Shown: positions 19,564 to 29,816, numbered from the stretch's first letter. The stretch: 64,000 bases of DNA from Candidatus Hecatella orcuttiae (GCA_002011035.2 MTLY02000002.1:288001-352000); one strand, 5' to 3'. A program made the numbers and translations. The notes: a model not told the origin generated them from the letters alone.

Positions 19564-20403
19564 ATGGCTGAAAAAATACTGCTAGGCCCCGCAGGAATCC
19601 CCACGGTAACCAAGCCTCGGTCTTCGGTGGAAGGTGTTAAAACCGTGGCCGGCCTAGGCCTCCAGGCCATAGAAATCCAGTTTGTGCGGGGAGTGAACAT
19701 GAGCCTTGAAGCGGCTGAAGAAGTGGGAAGAGTGGCGAAAAAATTAAACGTGGAACTCTCCATTCACGCTCCCTACTACATCAACCTCTGCTCTGAGAAG
19801 AAGAAGACCGTCGAAGAGTCCAAGCAGAGGATCCTCGACTCTGCTACTCGAGGAGAGAAGATGGGCGCACACATCGTGGTCATTCACCCCGGGTACTACG
19901 GTCAACTGACTTCGGAGAAAGCCTTCAAGATGGTGGAGGAAAGCTTTCAAGACCTCCTAGGCAGGCTGAGGGACGAAGGCGTCGGAAAGGTTAAACTCGG
20001 GCTTGAAACCATGGGGAAGCAAAGCCAGTTTGGAACCCTCGACGAAATCATCCAGCTATGCCGGGAAGTGGACTGCGTGCCCAACGTGGACTTTGCCCAC
20101 ATCTTCGCTAGGCAGGGGGGCAAGATAGACTACGGAGAAATCCTCGACCGGGTGGCTGAGCTGAAGCTGCCGCATCTCCACGTGCACTTTTCAGGAATAA
20201 ACTGGACTCCTGTTAAGGGAACGGATAAAGGCAACGAAAAAAACCACTTGGAGATAAAAGCCAACCAGCCTCCCTTCGAGCCTTTGGCAAGAGAAATTTT
20301 GAGGAGAAAAGTCAGCGCCACCATCATTTCCGAATCCCCCATTCTAGAACAGGACAGTTTAGCCATGAAGAGGATCTTTGAAAAACTCGGCTACAAGTTT
20401 TAA
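19564..20403 (+). CDS. nfo: Endonuclease IV (AP endonuclease family 2)
   Basis: SIHAPYYINL, HPG, ETMGK, DFAH, HFSG, ISESP. Confidence 0.93.
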   Translation: MAEKILLGPAGIPTVTKPRSSVEGVKTVAGLGLQAIEIQFVRGVNMSLEAAEEVGRVAKKLNVELSIHAPYYINLCSEKKKTVEESKQRILDSATRGEKMGAHIVVIHPGYYGQLTSEKAFKMVEESFQDLLGRLRDEGVGKVKLGLETMGKQSQFGTLDEIIQLCREVDCVPNVDFAHIFARQGGKIDYGEILDRVAELKLPHLHVHFSGINWTPVKGTDKGNEKNHLEIKANQPPFEPLAREILRRKVSATIISESPILEQDSLAMKRIFEKLGYKF

Positions 20404-20441
20404 CCCAACGATTAAGACTGCTTTTTAAAGGAAACAAATTT

Positions 20442-21401
20442 ATGCGATTCCGAAGATCAGTCTTGGGGAACAGTGAACAAAAAGTGTACGACCTCGTTAT
20501 TGTGGGAAGCGGCTGCGCCGGGTTGACGGCGGCTCTCTACGCGGCCAGAGCTGGACTGAAGACCGTGGTTTTGGAGAAAGAGGTCATAGGAGGGCAGATT
20601 TCCCTCACGGCCACGGTGGAAAATTACCCCGGCTTCAAGGAAATCAGCGGCCCGGAGTTGATGAGGCTTTTCCAAGAGCAGGCTGAAGCGGCGGGAGCTG
20701 AAATTCAAACAGCGGAAGTTTCAGCCATAGAAGACCTAGGAGACAGGAAGCTGGTTAAGACAAGCTCAGGGGACCTTGAAGCCAGAGCCGTCATCATAGC
20801 CACCGGCTCCTCTCCTAGACAACTGGGCGTCAAAGGGGAAAAGGAGCTCATCGGGAAAGGGGTTGCCTTCTGCGCACTCTGCGACGGGCCTATTTTCACC
20901 GGCAAAGACGTGGCGGTGGTGGGAGGGGGAAACTCAGCCACGAAAGAAGCCATCTACTTGACCAAGATGGTGAACAAAGTGTATCTCATTCACCGAAGAG
21001 ATAAGTTGAGGGCTGAGAAGTCATGGCAGGAAAAAGCCTTCCGAAACGAGAAAATAGAATTCATCTTCGACACCGTGGTGGAAGAAGTAGTGGGAAGAGA
21101 CCGGCTGGAAAAACTCGTGCTCAAAAACCTTAAAACAGGGAAGCTTTCCGAGCTTCGCGTAGACGGTGTTTTCATCTACATCGGCCTGAAGCCCAACACG
21201 GATTTCGTCAACGTTAAGAAAAATCCGAATGGAACTATCCTAACCGACGAATGCATGCGAACCTCGGTTCCCGGAATCTTCGCAGCGGGAGACTGCAGAG
21301 ACAAGTGCATGCGGCAGATTGTAACTTGCGTAGGCGAAGGAGCCACCGCCGCTATCCAAGCTTACGAGTACGTAGAAGAACTGAGGGGAAAGAAAACCTG
21401 A
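20442..21401 (+). CDS. trxB: Thioredoxin-disulfide reductase (start may be TTG about 20463)
   Basis: G.G.AGL.AA, VENYPG, CALCDG, GGGNSA, HRR, AAGD. Confidence 0.95.
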   Translation: MRFRRSVLGNSEQKVYDLVIVGSGCAGLTAALYAARAGLKTVVLEKEVIGGQISLTATVENYPGFKEISGPELMRLFQEQAEAAGAEIQTAEVSAIEDLGDRKLVKTSSGDLEARAVIIATGSSPRQLGVKGEKELIGKGVAFCALCDGPIFTGKDVAVVGGGNSATKEAIYLTKMVNKVYLIHRRDKLRAEKSWQEKAFRNEKIEFIFDTVVEEVVGRDRLEKLVLKNLKTGKLSELRVDGVFIYIGLKPNTDFVNVKKNPNGTILTDECMRTSVPGIFAAGDCRDKCMRQIVTCVGEGATAAIQAYEYVEELRGKKT

Positions 21402-21420
21402 ACACCAACTTGAGCGAAGA

Positions 21421-22443
21421 CTACAGCTCCTGAGGTGAACTTTGAAGCGCCTTCCAAAGCTCATCTTGGAGAGGTGCGGGCAGTCTTCTTGCCAAGCCGT
21501 TTTTTCCCACCATTACTCTGACTTTGGGGTCTTTCAGAATCTTCCCTATGACAGCGGCTTCGGAGCCCTCGCGAGTAAGGCTTTCTACGATGTCATCCGT
21601 CCTCTGCGGCTCCGCTACTATGAGGAGCGCCCCAGAGCTCACCAGCCTCAGGGGATTGACGGCGAAGACCCGGCAGATTTCCCGGGTTTCAGGCCTGATG
21701 GGAATTTTGTCCTCGTAGACCCTGAACCCCGTCCCCGAGGCGTCAGCCAGCTCGTGGAGGCCTGCAGCTAGGCCTCCTTCTGTGGGGTCGTGCATGGCTT
21801 GAACTCCGCCCGTTTCGAAGGCGGTTAAGGCTTCTTGAACCACGCTGATTTCCCGGTAAAACTTCTCCGCCCTTTCCACGGTTTTCTTCCCCAGCCTTTC
21901 AACCAACAAACTTTTCCTGTCAGATGCTAGGATGGCGGTGCCTTCGATGCCCACTCCCTTGGTCAGAATTATCTTAGCTCCCGCCTTAGCATTCCTGCAA
22001 GCCGCATACCGGCCCCTCTCAGCCAAGCCTGCTGAAAAACCCACGACCAAGGGGTGGCTTAGGCCCGGAGTAACCTCGCTGTGGCCGCCTACCACAGCAA
22101 CCCCCAACCGGAGGGCGGCTGAGCCTATTTGGGCGGAGATTTCCTTCAAGGTTTTTTCTCCAGACCCCGGGGGAAGCATGATGCAGGAGAGAAGCCACTG
22201 AGGCCTGATCCCTCGCGTGGCTACATCGTTGCAGGCGATGTGAGCTGCCGCCCAGCCGATTTTTCTCACCGCGCCGCTGATGGGGTCACAGGATAGGGCT
22301 AGGAGGCTTCTCCCCGCCTTGACGATGGCGGCGTCCTCCCCTTTGGCAGGTCCGAGGACCACGTCGCCACGTTTTAAGCCTAAATATCGGAAGACCTGGG
22401 CCTTCAAAACCTTCGGGGGTGTTTTTCCCAACGGCAGCTTCAT
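21421..22443 (-). CDS. AIR synthase (PurM/HypE/ThiL superfamily) protein
   Basis: GEDAA, DPI, NDVA, GGHSE, MHDPTEGG. Confidence 0.88.
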   Translation of the reverse strand: MKLPLGKTPPKVLKAQVFRYLGLKRGDVVLGPAKGEDAAIVKAGRSLLALSCDPISGAVRKIGWAAAHIACNDVATRGIRPQWLLSCIMLPPGSGEKTLKEISAQIGSAALRLGVAVVGGHSEVTPGLSHPLVVGFSAGLAERGRYAACRNAKAGAKIILTKGVGIEGTAILASDRKSLLVERLGKKTVERAEKFYREISVVQEALTAFETGGVQAMHDPTEGGLAAGLHELADASGTGFRVYEDKIPIRPETREICRVFAVNPLRLVSSGALLIVAEPQRTDDIVESLTREGSEAAVIGKILKDPKVRVMVGKNGLARRLPAPLQDELWKALQSSPQEL

Positions 22444-22451
22444 GCGCTATT

Positions 22452-23717
22452 TTAACCTCTAGCCTTCTCATCTGAAAACAGTCTGGTGGAGGGTTTGGAC
22501 TCCGACTCAGAAGGCTGAGAAATTAGCTCCACGACGGTGAAGCTTCCTGTGGAAAGCTCCGTTTCCCCCTGAAGACCCGGCTTAGCCGTCACGTTTTTCA
22601 GCCTGATCTGAACGCCCGGTGGAAACTTGGCCAAGATCTCCGCCTGCTTTCTCCAAGCGGAAACCCTGAGGACGCCGGTTTCATCCCTCAGCCTAAAGCT
22701 GGCCACCTGGGTTTGGGTTCCGTCCTTCAGGGTCACTTCCCTCACAGCCGGAGCGTCGACCATCACGCCTTCCACGGTGAGGTTCCTCATGCCGGGGTTG
22801 ATCCTGCCTAGGGGTGTAGGCTTGTCTTCCACTGGAGCGGCGGGTGTGGGTGTAGGCGTCAGCTTCAGGTAGGTGTTTCTGTTGACGTGGGCTTCCAGTT
22901 CACCCAGCCTGTTCTCCCGGGTTTTCCCCCTGATTACCTCTATTCTGTCTCCCACCCGGGCTTTTTCCACGGCCTCCACCCAGTCGTTCCATACTACGAG
23001 GTTTATCTCCCCGGAGTCATCCCTCAGCCTCAGCCGCATCACCGTCCCCTCCCCTCCGTCGCTTCTGAGAAATTTTCTGGCAGGGTAGGCCTGGATGATT
23101 TCCCCTGAGAGGTTGACTTCTTCCCCCGGTTTCTTCAGGCTTCGGATTTCTTGGAAAAACTCCCCGAGGGCGGGAACTTGGACTTCCCCGCCGACTTGGC
23201 TTGGGGGGATAAGCGCTATCCTTCCGCTGTCAGCCACATGGAGCTCGGTTTTTCCCGCGAGGGAGGTTCGGGTGTAGCCGTGTTCTATCTTCACAACGGC
23301 ATCGGGCTGGATTTTCAGCCGCTCCGCTTCTTCAGCCTTCTGATTCCACAGGTAAACCTCCAGCACTCCTGTCTTGTCCCCTAAAAGCAGCCTCTTGAGT
23401 TTTCCTTCCTGACCGTCCGGTCTCTTGAAGAGTTTTACCGGGTAGACTCCCAGAACCCTCCCTGTGAGGGATACGTCCCTCAAACCTGAGATGACATCTT
23501 CGATTTCAGTGTCAACAGCCAGACTGCTGTCCCAAAGAGAAACTCCAAGGTCTAGAGCCACGAGGAAAGCGGCACCTTCAGGGTTGAGGAGGCTTTTAGC
23601 TTCAGCCCTCTTACTTTCCACCATCTCCAGCAGTTTTTCTCTGGTCAAATCCGGCTTCTCAGCCATAATTTTGACGAGGATAGCTTCAAGCCTGCTGGAA
23701 GGCTGCGGCTCCGTCAT
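22452..23717 (-). CDS. rpa: Replication protein A (three OB folds)
   Basis: N-terminal dimerisation-type domain plus three repeats of L.D.TG.....W. Confidence 0.92.
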   Translation of the reverse strand: MTEPQPSSRLEAILVKIMAEKPDLTREKLLEMVESKRAEAKSLLNPEGAAFLVALDLGVSLWDSSLAVDTEIEDVISGLRDVSLTGRVLGVYPVKLFKRPDGQEGKLKRLLLGDKTGVLEVYLWNQKAEEAERLKIQPDAVVKIEHGYTRTSLAGKTELHVADSGRIALIPPSQVGGEVQVPALGEFFQEIRSLKKPGEEVNLSGEIIQAYPARKFLRSDGGEGTVMRLRLRDDSGEINLVVWNDWVEAVEKARVGDRIEVIRGKTRENRLGELEAHVNRNTYLKLTPTPTPAAPVEDKPTPLGRINPGMRNLTVEGVMVDAPAVREVTLKDGTQTQVASFRLRDETGVLRVSAWRKQAEILAKFPPGVQIRLKNVTAKPGLQGETELSTGSFTVVELISQPSESESKPSTRLFSDEKARG

Positions 23718-23887
23718 TTTTTTCCAAGCCCTAAAGAGAAGAGCGGTGGGAGGCGGCTCTTCATCGATCCCTTCATGGTAAGCCGTTACCTAAAATAGAT
23801 TTTGCTCCAAGCGAACTCCCTCAATCTTTAAATAAAGGAGGCCTTCACAATTCTAACGGTTTTTGAGAGAGGTTCTGACCGTGGACG

Positions 23888-25156
23888 GTGGTCGAGTTCC
23901 ATCGGAAAAAGCAGGAGGACTCCTTTCTCCACACTAGAGACGTGGAGGTGGAAGGCCACCTAATCGACTCCATGATCCTCTCCAGGATCTGGGACAGGAT
24001 TATGGAGTTGGGCGGAGATTTTGAAGTTTCCGAATTCCGAGTTGGCAAGCGGAAAACCGACTACAGCTACGCCCGAATGCTAGTCAAGGGAAAAAGCGAA
24101 AGCCACCTGGAAAGGATCCTCCAAGAAATCTACCGGTTGGGGGCTATTCCCCACGAGGTTCAAGAGGCTGTCTGCGAACCCGCCCCCGCGGACATGGTTC
24201 TCCCTGAGAACTTCTACTCCACCACCAACAACCCTACTTTCATCTACTTTAAAGGAAGGTGGGTGGAGGTGGAAAATCCCATGATGGATAAGGTGGTGGT
24301 AGTGGAACCCGACGGCAGCAAGGCCTACTGCAAACCTCTCCGAGAGGTGAGAAAAGGGGAACTGGTGGTCGTCGGCGAGACAGGGGTTAAAGTCAAACCC
24401 CCTGAAAGGCCCCGGGAAAGCATCGGGGTTTTCAAGTTTATGGGAAGTGACGCCTCATCGGAAAAACCCTCCGGCTCCCTGATGAAGCAGATCGCCAAAG
24501 ACCTCTATGACACCAAGAAGGCGGGGGGCAAAATCGTGGCTGTGGCAGGCCCGGCTGTGGTTCACACAGGAGCTGCTGAGGCTCTGGCCAGCATCATCCG
24601 GGAGGGTTTCATCGACGTGTTTCTCTCCGGTAACGCCTTGGCGGTGCACGACGTGGAGGCCGCCCTGCTGGGGACGTCCCTCGGGGTTTCCTTGGAGGAA
24701 GGCGTCCCCTCCGTCCGGGGGCATAGGAACCACATGGCCGCCATCAACGAAATTTACAAGGCCGGCTCCTTGAAGGAGGCAGTGAGGAAGGGTGTCCTCC
24801 GAAAGGGCATCATGTACGAGTGCATCGTTAAAGGTGTGCCTTTTGTCCTCGCAGGGTCCATCAGGGACGACGGGCCTCTTCCCGAGGTTGTCACCGACAT
24901 GGTGGAGGCTCAGAGACTGTACAGGGAGGCTCTCGCCGGAACCAGCATGGTTTTGATGTTCGCCTCCACCCTTCACTCCATAGCCGTGGGAAACATGCTG
25001 CCTTCCACGGTGAAGATCGTCTGTGTCGACATCAATCCCGCCACCGTTACCAAGCTTCTCGACCGCGGCTCCATGCAAGCCATCGGGGTGGTCTCTGACA
25101 TCGGAACCTTTCTCCCCCTCCTCGACCAAGAGCTGAAGCGGCTAAAAGGGGCTTAA
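23888..25156 (+). CDS. TIGR00300 family protein (AgrE/ArgZ C-terminal-like ornithine cyclodeaminase)
   Basis: GHLIDS, P..FYSTTN, SSEK, GNALAVHD, GSIRDDGPLP, HSIAVGN. Confidence 0.88.
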   Translation: MVEFHRKKQEDSFLHTRDVEVEGHLIDSMILSRIWDRIMELGGDFEVSEFRVGKRKTDYSYARMLVKGKSESHLERILQEIYRLGAIPHEVQEAVCEPAPADMVLPENFYSTTNNPTFIYFKGRWVEVENPMMDKVVVVEPDGSKAYCKPLREVRKGELVVVGETGVKVKPPERPRESIGVFKFMGSDASSEKPSGSLMKQIAKDLYDTKKAGGKIVAVAGPAVVHTGAAEALASIIREGFIDVFLSGNALAVHDVEAALLGTSLGVSLEEGVPSVRGHRNHMAAINEIYKAGSLKEAVRKGVLRKGIMYECIVKGVPFVLAGSIRDDGPLPEVVTDMVEAQRLYREALAGTSMVLMFASTLHSIAVGNMLPSTVKIVCVDINPATVTKLLDRGSMQAIGVVSDIGTFLPLLDQELKRLKGA

Positions 25157-25205
25157 ACCCTAAGCCTCCACGAATCTTCCTCCCTAATTTGGAAGGCGAG
25201 AAAAA

Positions 25206-25643
25206 TTGTCAGCGGGAAAAGGAAGTCTGGAAAACATGCTGGCTGAAGCCTTGAAGGGGGAAGAGAAATCTGTCGAAGAAATATTCTCCGAGAGGAATCT
25301 AGCCGGCTTAGGAGACACTTACATCAACTTCCTCTACTCCCTAGCCTTCAGCCTTAAAAAGAAAAAGCCATGCGGAATGAAAGTCAGCAACAAGGTTCTA
25401 GCCGAAGCCGTCAGGCAGGCGGGAGTCCGAAGGAGGCTTCCCTCCCGGCTTTCAAGGAGAGATATAGGCAGCTCCGCGGAAGCCCTGATAGTCTACGCCG
25501 CCGCCAAAAACCTGATCTCAAGCCGGGAGCTCGTCGACCTGCTCCGAGAGGCAGAAGACCCCGTCTCAGCTTTCAGCCAAGCCCTCACAAACATATGGAC
25601 TAGAGCTGGGCTTCACCTTCCCAGAAGGAAGGCCGAGGGTTAA
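25206..25643 (+). CDS. Archaeal ribonuclease III-like (single-domain) protein
   Basis: LAGLGDTYINF resembles the RNase III signature; SAEAL second motif. Confidence 0.75.
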   Translation: MSAGKGSLENMLAEALKGEEKSVEEIFSERNLAGLGDTYINFLYSLAFSLKKKKPCGMKVSNKVLAEAVRQAGVRRRLPSRLSRRDIGSSAEALIVYAAAKNLISSRELVDLLREAEDPVSAFSQALTNIWTRAGLHLPRRKAEG

Positions 25644-25690
25644 GAAAACAGCCATTCAGCCGGATAAAGCAAAATATAGGGTGAATACCC

Positions 25691-26269
25691 CTGAAACTGC
25701 GGAGCGTAAAACGGGAGATCAGAGTCCTAGGCATCGTAAACGGCAACATGCCCCTCCCTCAAAAACGTTGCCCCTTTTTCGGCGTTGTTTTCAGGGGGAA
25801 GGAATGGCTGGAAGGGCTGCTGAAAGGCTCCGCAGAGTGGAACGGGCTGGATGCAACCCGGAAGATAACTCAAGCAGTGAAAGGATCCAGCCATTATGGG
25901 CAGATCCGCGTCGTCATGCTGATGGGTTTATGCTTCGCCGGCTTCAACGTAGTGGATGTAGCTCAGCTGGCGGAAAACCTCCAAAGGCCTGTGATGGTTT
26001 TCTGGGAAAAAGCGCCTGACCTAGGAAAGCTTAAACGCCAACTCGAATCCCTGCCTTTTGGAGAGAAAAGGGTGAGCATGGTTGAGAAAGCTGGGAACCC
26101 TACTCCATTAAAGCTGGAGGGGGGAAAAACTTTTTGGATTCAGTCCTTTGGGCTGAGTGTGGAAGAAGCTGGGAGAGTGGTGAAGGCAACCTGCAAGCCG
26201 GGGTTCATTCCTGAACCTCTCAGAATAGCCCGCATGGTAGGTTCCGCTTTCACTTCCCTGAAGTCTTAG
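25691..26269 (+). CDS. DUF99 (endonuclease V-like fold) protein, probable CTG start, catalytic residues apparently degenerate
   Basis: In-frame extension LKLRSVKREIRVLGI upstream of ATG 25748, bounded by TGA at 25682; SD GGGGTGA; FAGFNVVD and IPEPLR motifs. Confidence 0.8.
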   Translation: MKLRSVKREIRVLGIVNGNMPLPQKRCPFFGVVFRGKEWLEGLLKGSAEWNGLDATRKITQAVKGSSHYGQIRVVMLMGLCFAGFNVVDVAQLAENLQRPVMVFWEKAPDLGKLKRQLESLPFGEKRVSMVEKAGNPTPLKLEGGKTFWIQSFGLSVEEAGRVVKATCKPGFIPEPLRIARMVGSAFTSLKS

Positions 26270-26320
26270 GGCTATTTGAAAAGAAGCTTTATTAAAGAAA
26301 ATAAAATTAAGCATTAACCG

Positions 26321-27433
26321 ATGAAATTGAAACAGAAGTATGTGTTTACCGGATTTTTAGCATTTACGGTAACGGTGATCGTGGGGTTTGCCCTTGTAGG
26401 AGGCTATATCTTTCAAGAACCGCCAGCAGAGGCGCCAACAGAAACACCGGCGGGCGTTCAACCGACAGCTTCTCCGTCAAAGGAAGCGCCGCTGCAGGTT
26501 CAGCCCCAGCAAACTGAGCCATCAATAGAGGAGCAGCCAGAAGATGGTAAGCCATCGGAGCAAGAAGTGTCGGCGGAACAAGCGGAGCAACTGCAAGACG
26601 TAGCTGTCCAAGAATACCGAAGGCAAAATGTTACTTTTTTGAAGATGGTTTCAAGTGAAAACGGTTTGTATGTTTTAAACGATGAGGAAATAGAAGAACT
26701 TAGAACACTGCGCATAAACACCCTCAGAATATGCCCTCTTTACAGCATAGATTCAAACGGCGACATCAGACAGGATGTGCCAAACTTTCTCATCATCGAT
26801 TTGATCAGAAGGGCTCACAGTGCCGGGTTTGCGGTTTTTCTGGAGCCAAATCTCGCCAGCCGCGGCGGCTTCCCCCATTTGACCGACCCGCAATATGTTG
26901 AAGCCGTGATGGAGATATCCTCAAAATGGGCTGAAATAGCTGAAGAAGAAAACGTGGAGTTTTATTCTCCGTTAAACGAGCCGAATCTCGTTTTTTCGGA
27001 AGAACATCTGGTGGAAGAATGGATGGTTGAGTCTCAAAATCTACGGTCCATGTTTTCAGGCGGGTTGGTGTTAAAGCTGGCCGGCATGGGCCCGGAGGAA
27101 ATTGAAAGTTTAGGAGGATATGACTACTTGGCTTTCGACATCATGTGGGGAGACTCGAATTACGATGAGCTTAGAAACTATTTAAACGCAGCCGTAGCGA
27201 AAGGGAACTCTCTGAAGCAAAAATACGGCCTCAAAGGCTTCTTCTTCGGAGAACTGGGGGCTGAGAAAGCAAGGGTTGATGAAGATACCCAAGCAGAAAT
27301 TTTCAGGACGATTTTGGATGAAACATGGGAAGAAGTTGACGGCTACTGTTTTCTAGGCTGGTCGGAGCTGGAGTTCAGCTTTAAAGACAATGAAAAGGCG
27401 AAAGACGTGATAAGAGAGTGGTTTTCCCGCTAA
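26321..27433 (+). CDS. Membrane-anchored clan GH-A glycoside hydrolase (GH113/GH5-like TIM barrel)
   Basis: N-terminal TM, P/E/Q-rich linker, NEP acid/base motif and FFGELG nucleophile motif. Confidence 0.7.
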   Translation: MKLKQKYVFTGFLAFTVTVIVGFALVGGYIFQEPPAEAPTETPAGVQPTASPSKEAPLQVQPQQTEPSIEEQPEDGKPSEQEVSAEQAEQLQDVAVQEYRRQNVTFLKMVSSENGLYVLNDEEIEELRTLRINTLRICPLYSIDSNGDIRQDVPNFLIIDLIRRAHSAGFAVFLEPNLASRGGFPHLTDPQYVEAVMEISSKWAEIAEEENVEFYSPLNEPNLVFSEEHLVEEWMVESQNLRSMFSGGLVLKLAGMGPEEIESLGGYDYLAFDIMWGDSNYDELRNYLNAAVAKGNSLKQKYGLKGFFFGELGAEKARVDEDTQAEIFRTILDETWEEVDGYCFLGWSELEFSFKDNEKAKDVIREWFSR

Positions 27434-27638
27434 GCCGTAAATAAACAGTTTTCCGTCGCGCCATAACAAGACGCTTAAACCTGAAAATACAGGAGAGCCC
27501 TTCAACAGGTCAGAAGTGGCTGTTTTAAAGTCTTTCAGCTTTAGAGGCCTCATTATGGCGGTGTTAAACCTTCGGGGGAAACCTTTAAATCGGAGTGTCC
27601 CTTGCTTTTGAAGCGCTGAAGCGGTCCAGTGATGCCAG

Positions 27639-27986
27639 ATGGAATTCTGTCCTAAATGCGGAATGAGGCTGGTGCTTTCGGTTAAGGAGAAAAAGTCTTC
27701 CCGGGTTTCCCTGAAATGCCCCAACTGCAACTACGTCTTACGAGGCAAAAAGACCAGTCAGCCGGCTTTGGTTAAACCCACCGAGAAACCTTCCAAGGAA
27801 TCCATCATCATCATCGGGGAGAAAGAAGCTAAGCTTAAGACCCTTCCCACCCAGAAGGCTCAATGCCCCAAATGCGGTAACATGGAAGCCTACGTATGGA
27901 TGGTTCAGACCCGGGGAGCTGACGAGTCTTCAACTCAGTTCTTCCGATGTACCAAATGCGGAATGACTTGGCGGGAATATTCTTAG
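27639..27986 (+). CDS. tfs: Transcription factor S (TFS/RpoM-like)
   Basis: Two Zn ribbons; QTRGADE..T.FF.C..C. Confidence 0.95.
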   Translation: MEFCPKCGMRLVLSVKEKKSSRVSLKCPNCNYVLRGKKTSQPALVKPTEKPSKESIIIIGEKEAKLKTLPTQKAQCPKCGNMEAYVWMVQTRGADESSTQFFRCTKCGMTWREYS

Positions 27987-28008
27987 CACCCTTCACCCGT
28001 CGGAACAC

Positions 28009-29208
28009 TTATTCCCGCAGTTTTTCCAGCTGCTGGAGCAGATATTTTCTAATTTCTTCGGAAGCAGGTAACGGCTGCGTTAGCTTTCCGTTTTTAAGCA
28101 CGGGCTTCAGCATAGACTCTGTTTTTCCTCCGCAAGCCGGGCATGGAGGCTGGGAAGCTTGAGCTGGGAGCACGGTGTCGGTGAGGCATCGGGGGCATCT
28201 CCAAAGCTTCTTGCTTCCCCCCAGTTTTCCTTTTTTAGCCACAGGTTTTCCTTCTTTTTCCACGATGTCTAAGGCGAAGTCTACGATGGGAGCGGCGCTA
28301 ATGGAGGAGCCTATGCCGAAACCCTCCACCCCCGCGTCGATAAGTGGGGGGAGGTCCTTCTCGTCGATGCCTCCTGAAACTAGAATTTTAACGTGGCTGA
28401 AGCCTCTGAGAGACAGCTCCCACCGAACCTCCCGAACTATCTGAGGCAAGTTTCCTCTCCTCGACTTGGGAGTATCCAGCCTCACACCGTAGAGCTTCTC
28501 CCCCAAGGCCTCCGCCGCCTTGATGGCCTCGGTTTTCTCATCGCTGTAGGTGTCCACCAAGGCTATCCGAGGCACCCCTGCCTCCACCACCTCGTCGAAA
28601 GCTTTCCAGGCTTTAGCCTGATCCCCGAAGAGAATGATGAGCGCATGCGGCATGGTTCCCGTGGGCTTTCGTCCGATGAGCTTCGCCCCCGAAAGACTGG
28701 ACACGCTGTCAAAGCCCCCTATGTAGGCCGCCCTGTCCACCATGGGGGAAATGACGGGGTGAATCCGGCGGATTCCGAAAGAAATCAGAAGACTCTTAGG
28801 AGCGAGTTTCCGCATTCTCGCCGCCTTGGTGGCGATGCCCGTAGCTTGGCATAGCAGCCCCAAAAGAGGTGTTTCCAGAAGGCCGAAGGCGCCGTAGGGC
28901 CCCTCCACGACCATTACGGGCGCTCGAACCCCGAAGCTGTCGGTTGGATGGAAGATACTCCCCTCAGGGAGGCTGTAGACGTCGACGGGGTAACCTTCCA
29001 GCAGCCGCAAGGCCTCCTCCAAACCGCAGTACACAGCCCAAGGCCAGCCTTGAGGTAGGCCGGTGGGGGTGATTTCAGCCACCACCTTTACCTTGTTCAG
29101 CCCCTTGGCTTCCAACACTTTTTTCGTGTGGACAAAGTAGATGTCGGTGGTTTCCCCTTTCTTAACTTCTTCTTCAGAAGCTATGTGAAGCCACTTCACC
29201 GTTTCCAC
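28009..29208 (-). CDS. pncB: Nicotinate phosphoribosyltransferase
   Basis: TDIYF, SFG.RR, GTMPH, LVDT, VRLDT, SGG; C-terminal Zn ribbon. Confidence 0.95.
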   Translation of the reverse strand: METVKWLHIASEEEVKKGETTDIYFVHTKKVLEAKGLNKVKVVAEITPTGLPQGWPWAVYCGLEEALRLLEGYPVDVYSLPEGSIFHPTDSFGVRAPVMVVEGPYGAFGLLETPLLGLLCQATGIATKAARMRKLAPKSLLISFGIRRIHPVISPMVDRAAYIGGFDSVSSLSGAKLIGRKPTGTMPHALIILFGDQAKAWKAFDEVVEAGVPRIALVDTYSDEKTEAIKAAEALGEKLYGVRLDTPKSRRGNLPQIVREVRWELSLRGFSHVKILVSGGIDEKDLPPLIDAGVEGFGIGSSISAAPIVDFALDIVEKEGKPVAKKGKLGGSKKLWRCPRCLTDTVLPAQASQPPCPACGGKTESMLKPVLKNGKLTQPLPASEEIRKYLLQQLEKLRE

Positions 29209-29272
29209 CTTTTCTGAGCTTGGGTTAATTATTAAAACTGTTTAATTTAAGCCACTCAGCCCTTTTATATTT

Positions 29273-29816
29273 TCAAACAGGCTTGGAAACGTTTCGCTCC
29301 CTTGGGGTAAAGGGGTCGTCCCCCAACATGAGGCTTGGCTGGGGGTTCACTCGCCCAGATGGGCTTGGGGAAACTGGGAGAAACCCCACAAGCCTTTCCA
29401 AGTGTCCATGGTCGCTCTTCGCAGAGAATGACTCCACAAGCTTGTCCAGTAGCTGATGGTGTTTTTCCTCATCCTTCAATATGCCTTCAAGGCTGGCGCG
29501 GAGGACTGAATCCTTGATCTTCTTCTTAAGCTGCTTAAGTTCCTCCATCATGTCTTTTTCAGCCTTCAGATGTCCTCGGAGGGCGTTGGCTATTTTCTCC
29601 TTGTCCGCATCTTCCATAACCTCGCCGACTGCTAGGTCGGACATGGCTTGAAACATCAGAGCGTGTTTCCTAGAATCAAACATCAACATGCCCAGCACAG
29701 CCTTTGCCACGGAGTTTCTAGTCTTCTCCACGGTAGGCTAAGTTGTCAGCTAGTCTCAGCTCGTTGGCCCTATGCTTTTTGAAGATTTCCACTAACTCTC
29801 TTTCTTCTGTCTTCAA
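29273..29816 (-). pseudogene. Ferritin/rubrerythrin-like four-helix protein with a frameshift near the 5' end
   Basis: SD GGTGA + TTG 29816 gives MKTEERELVEIFKKHRANELRLADNL, then TAG at 29720..29718; the +1 frame continues PTVEKTRN..DSRKH..DEEKHH. Confidence 0.7.
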
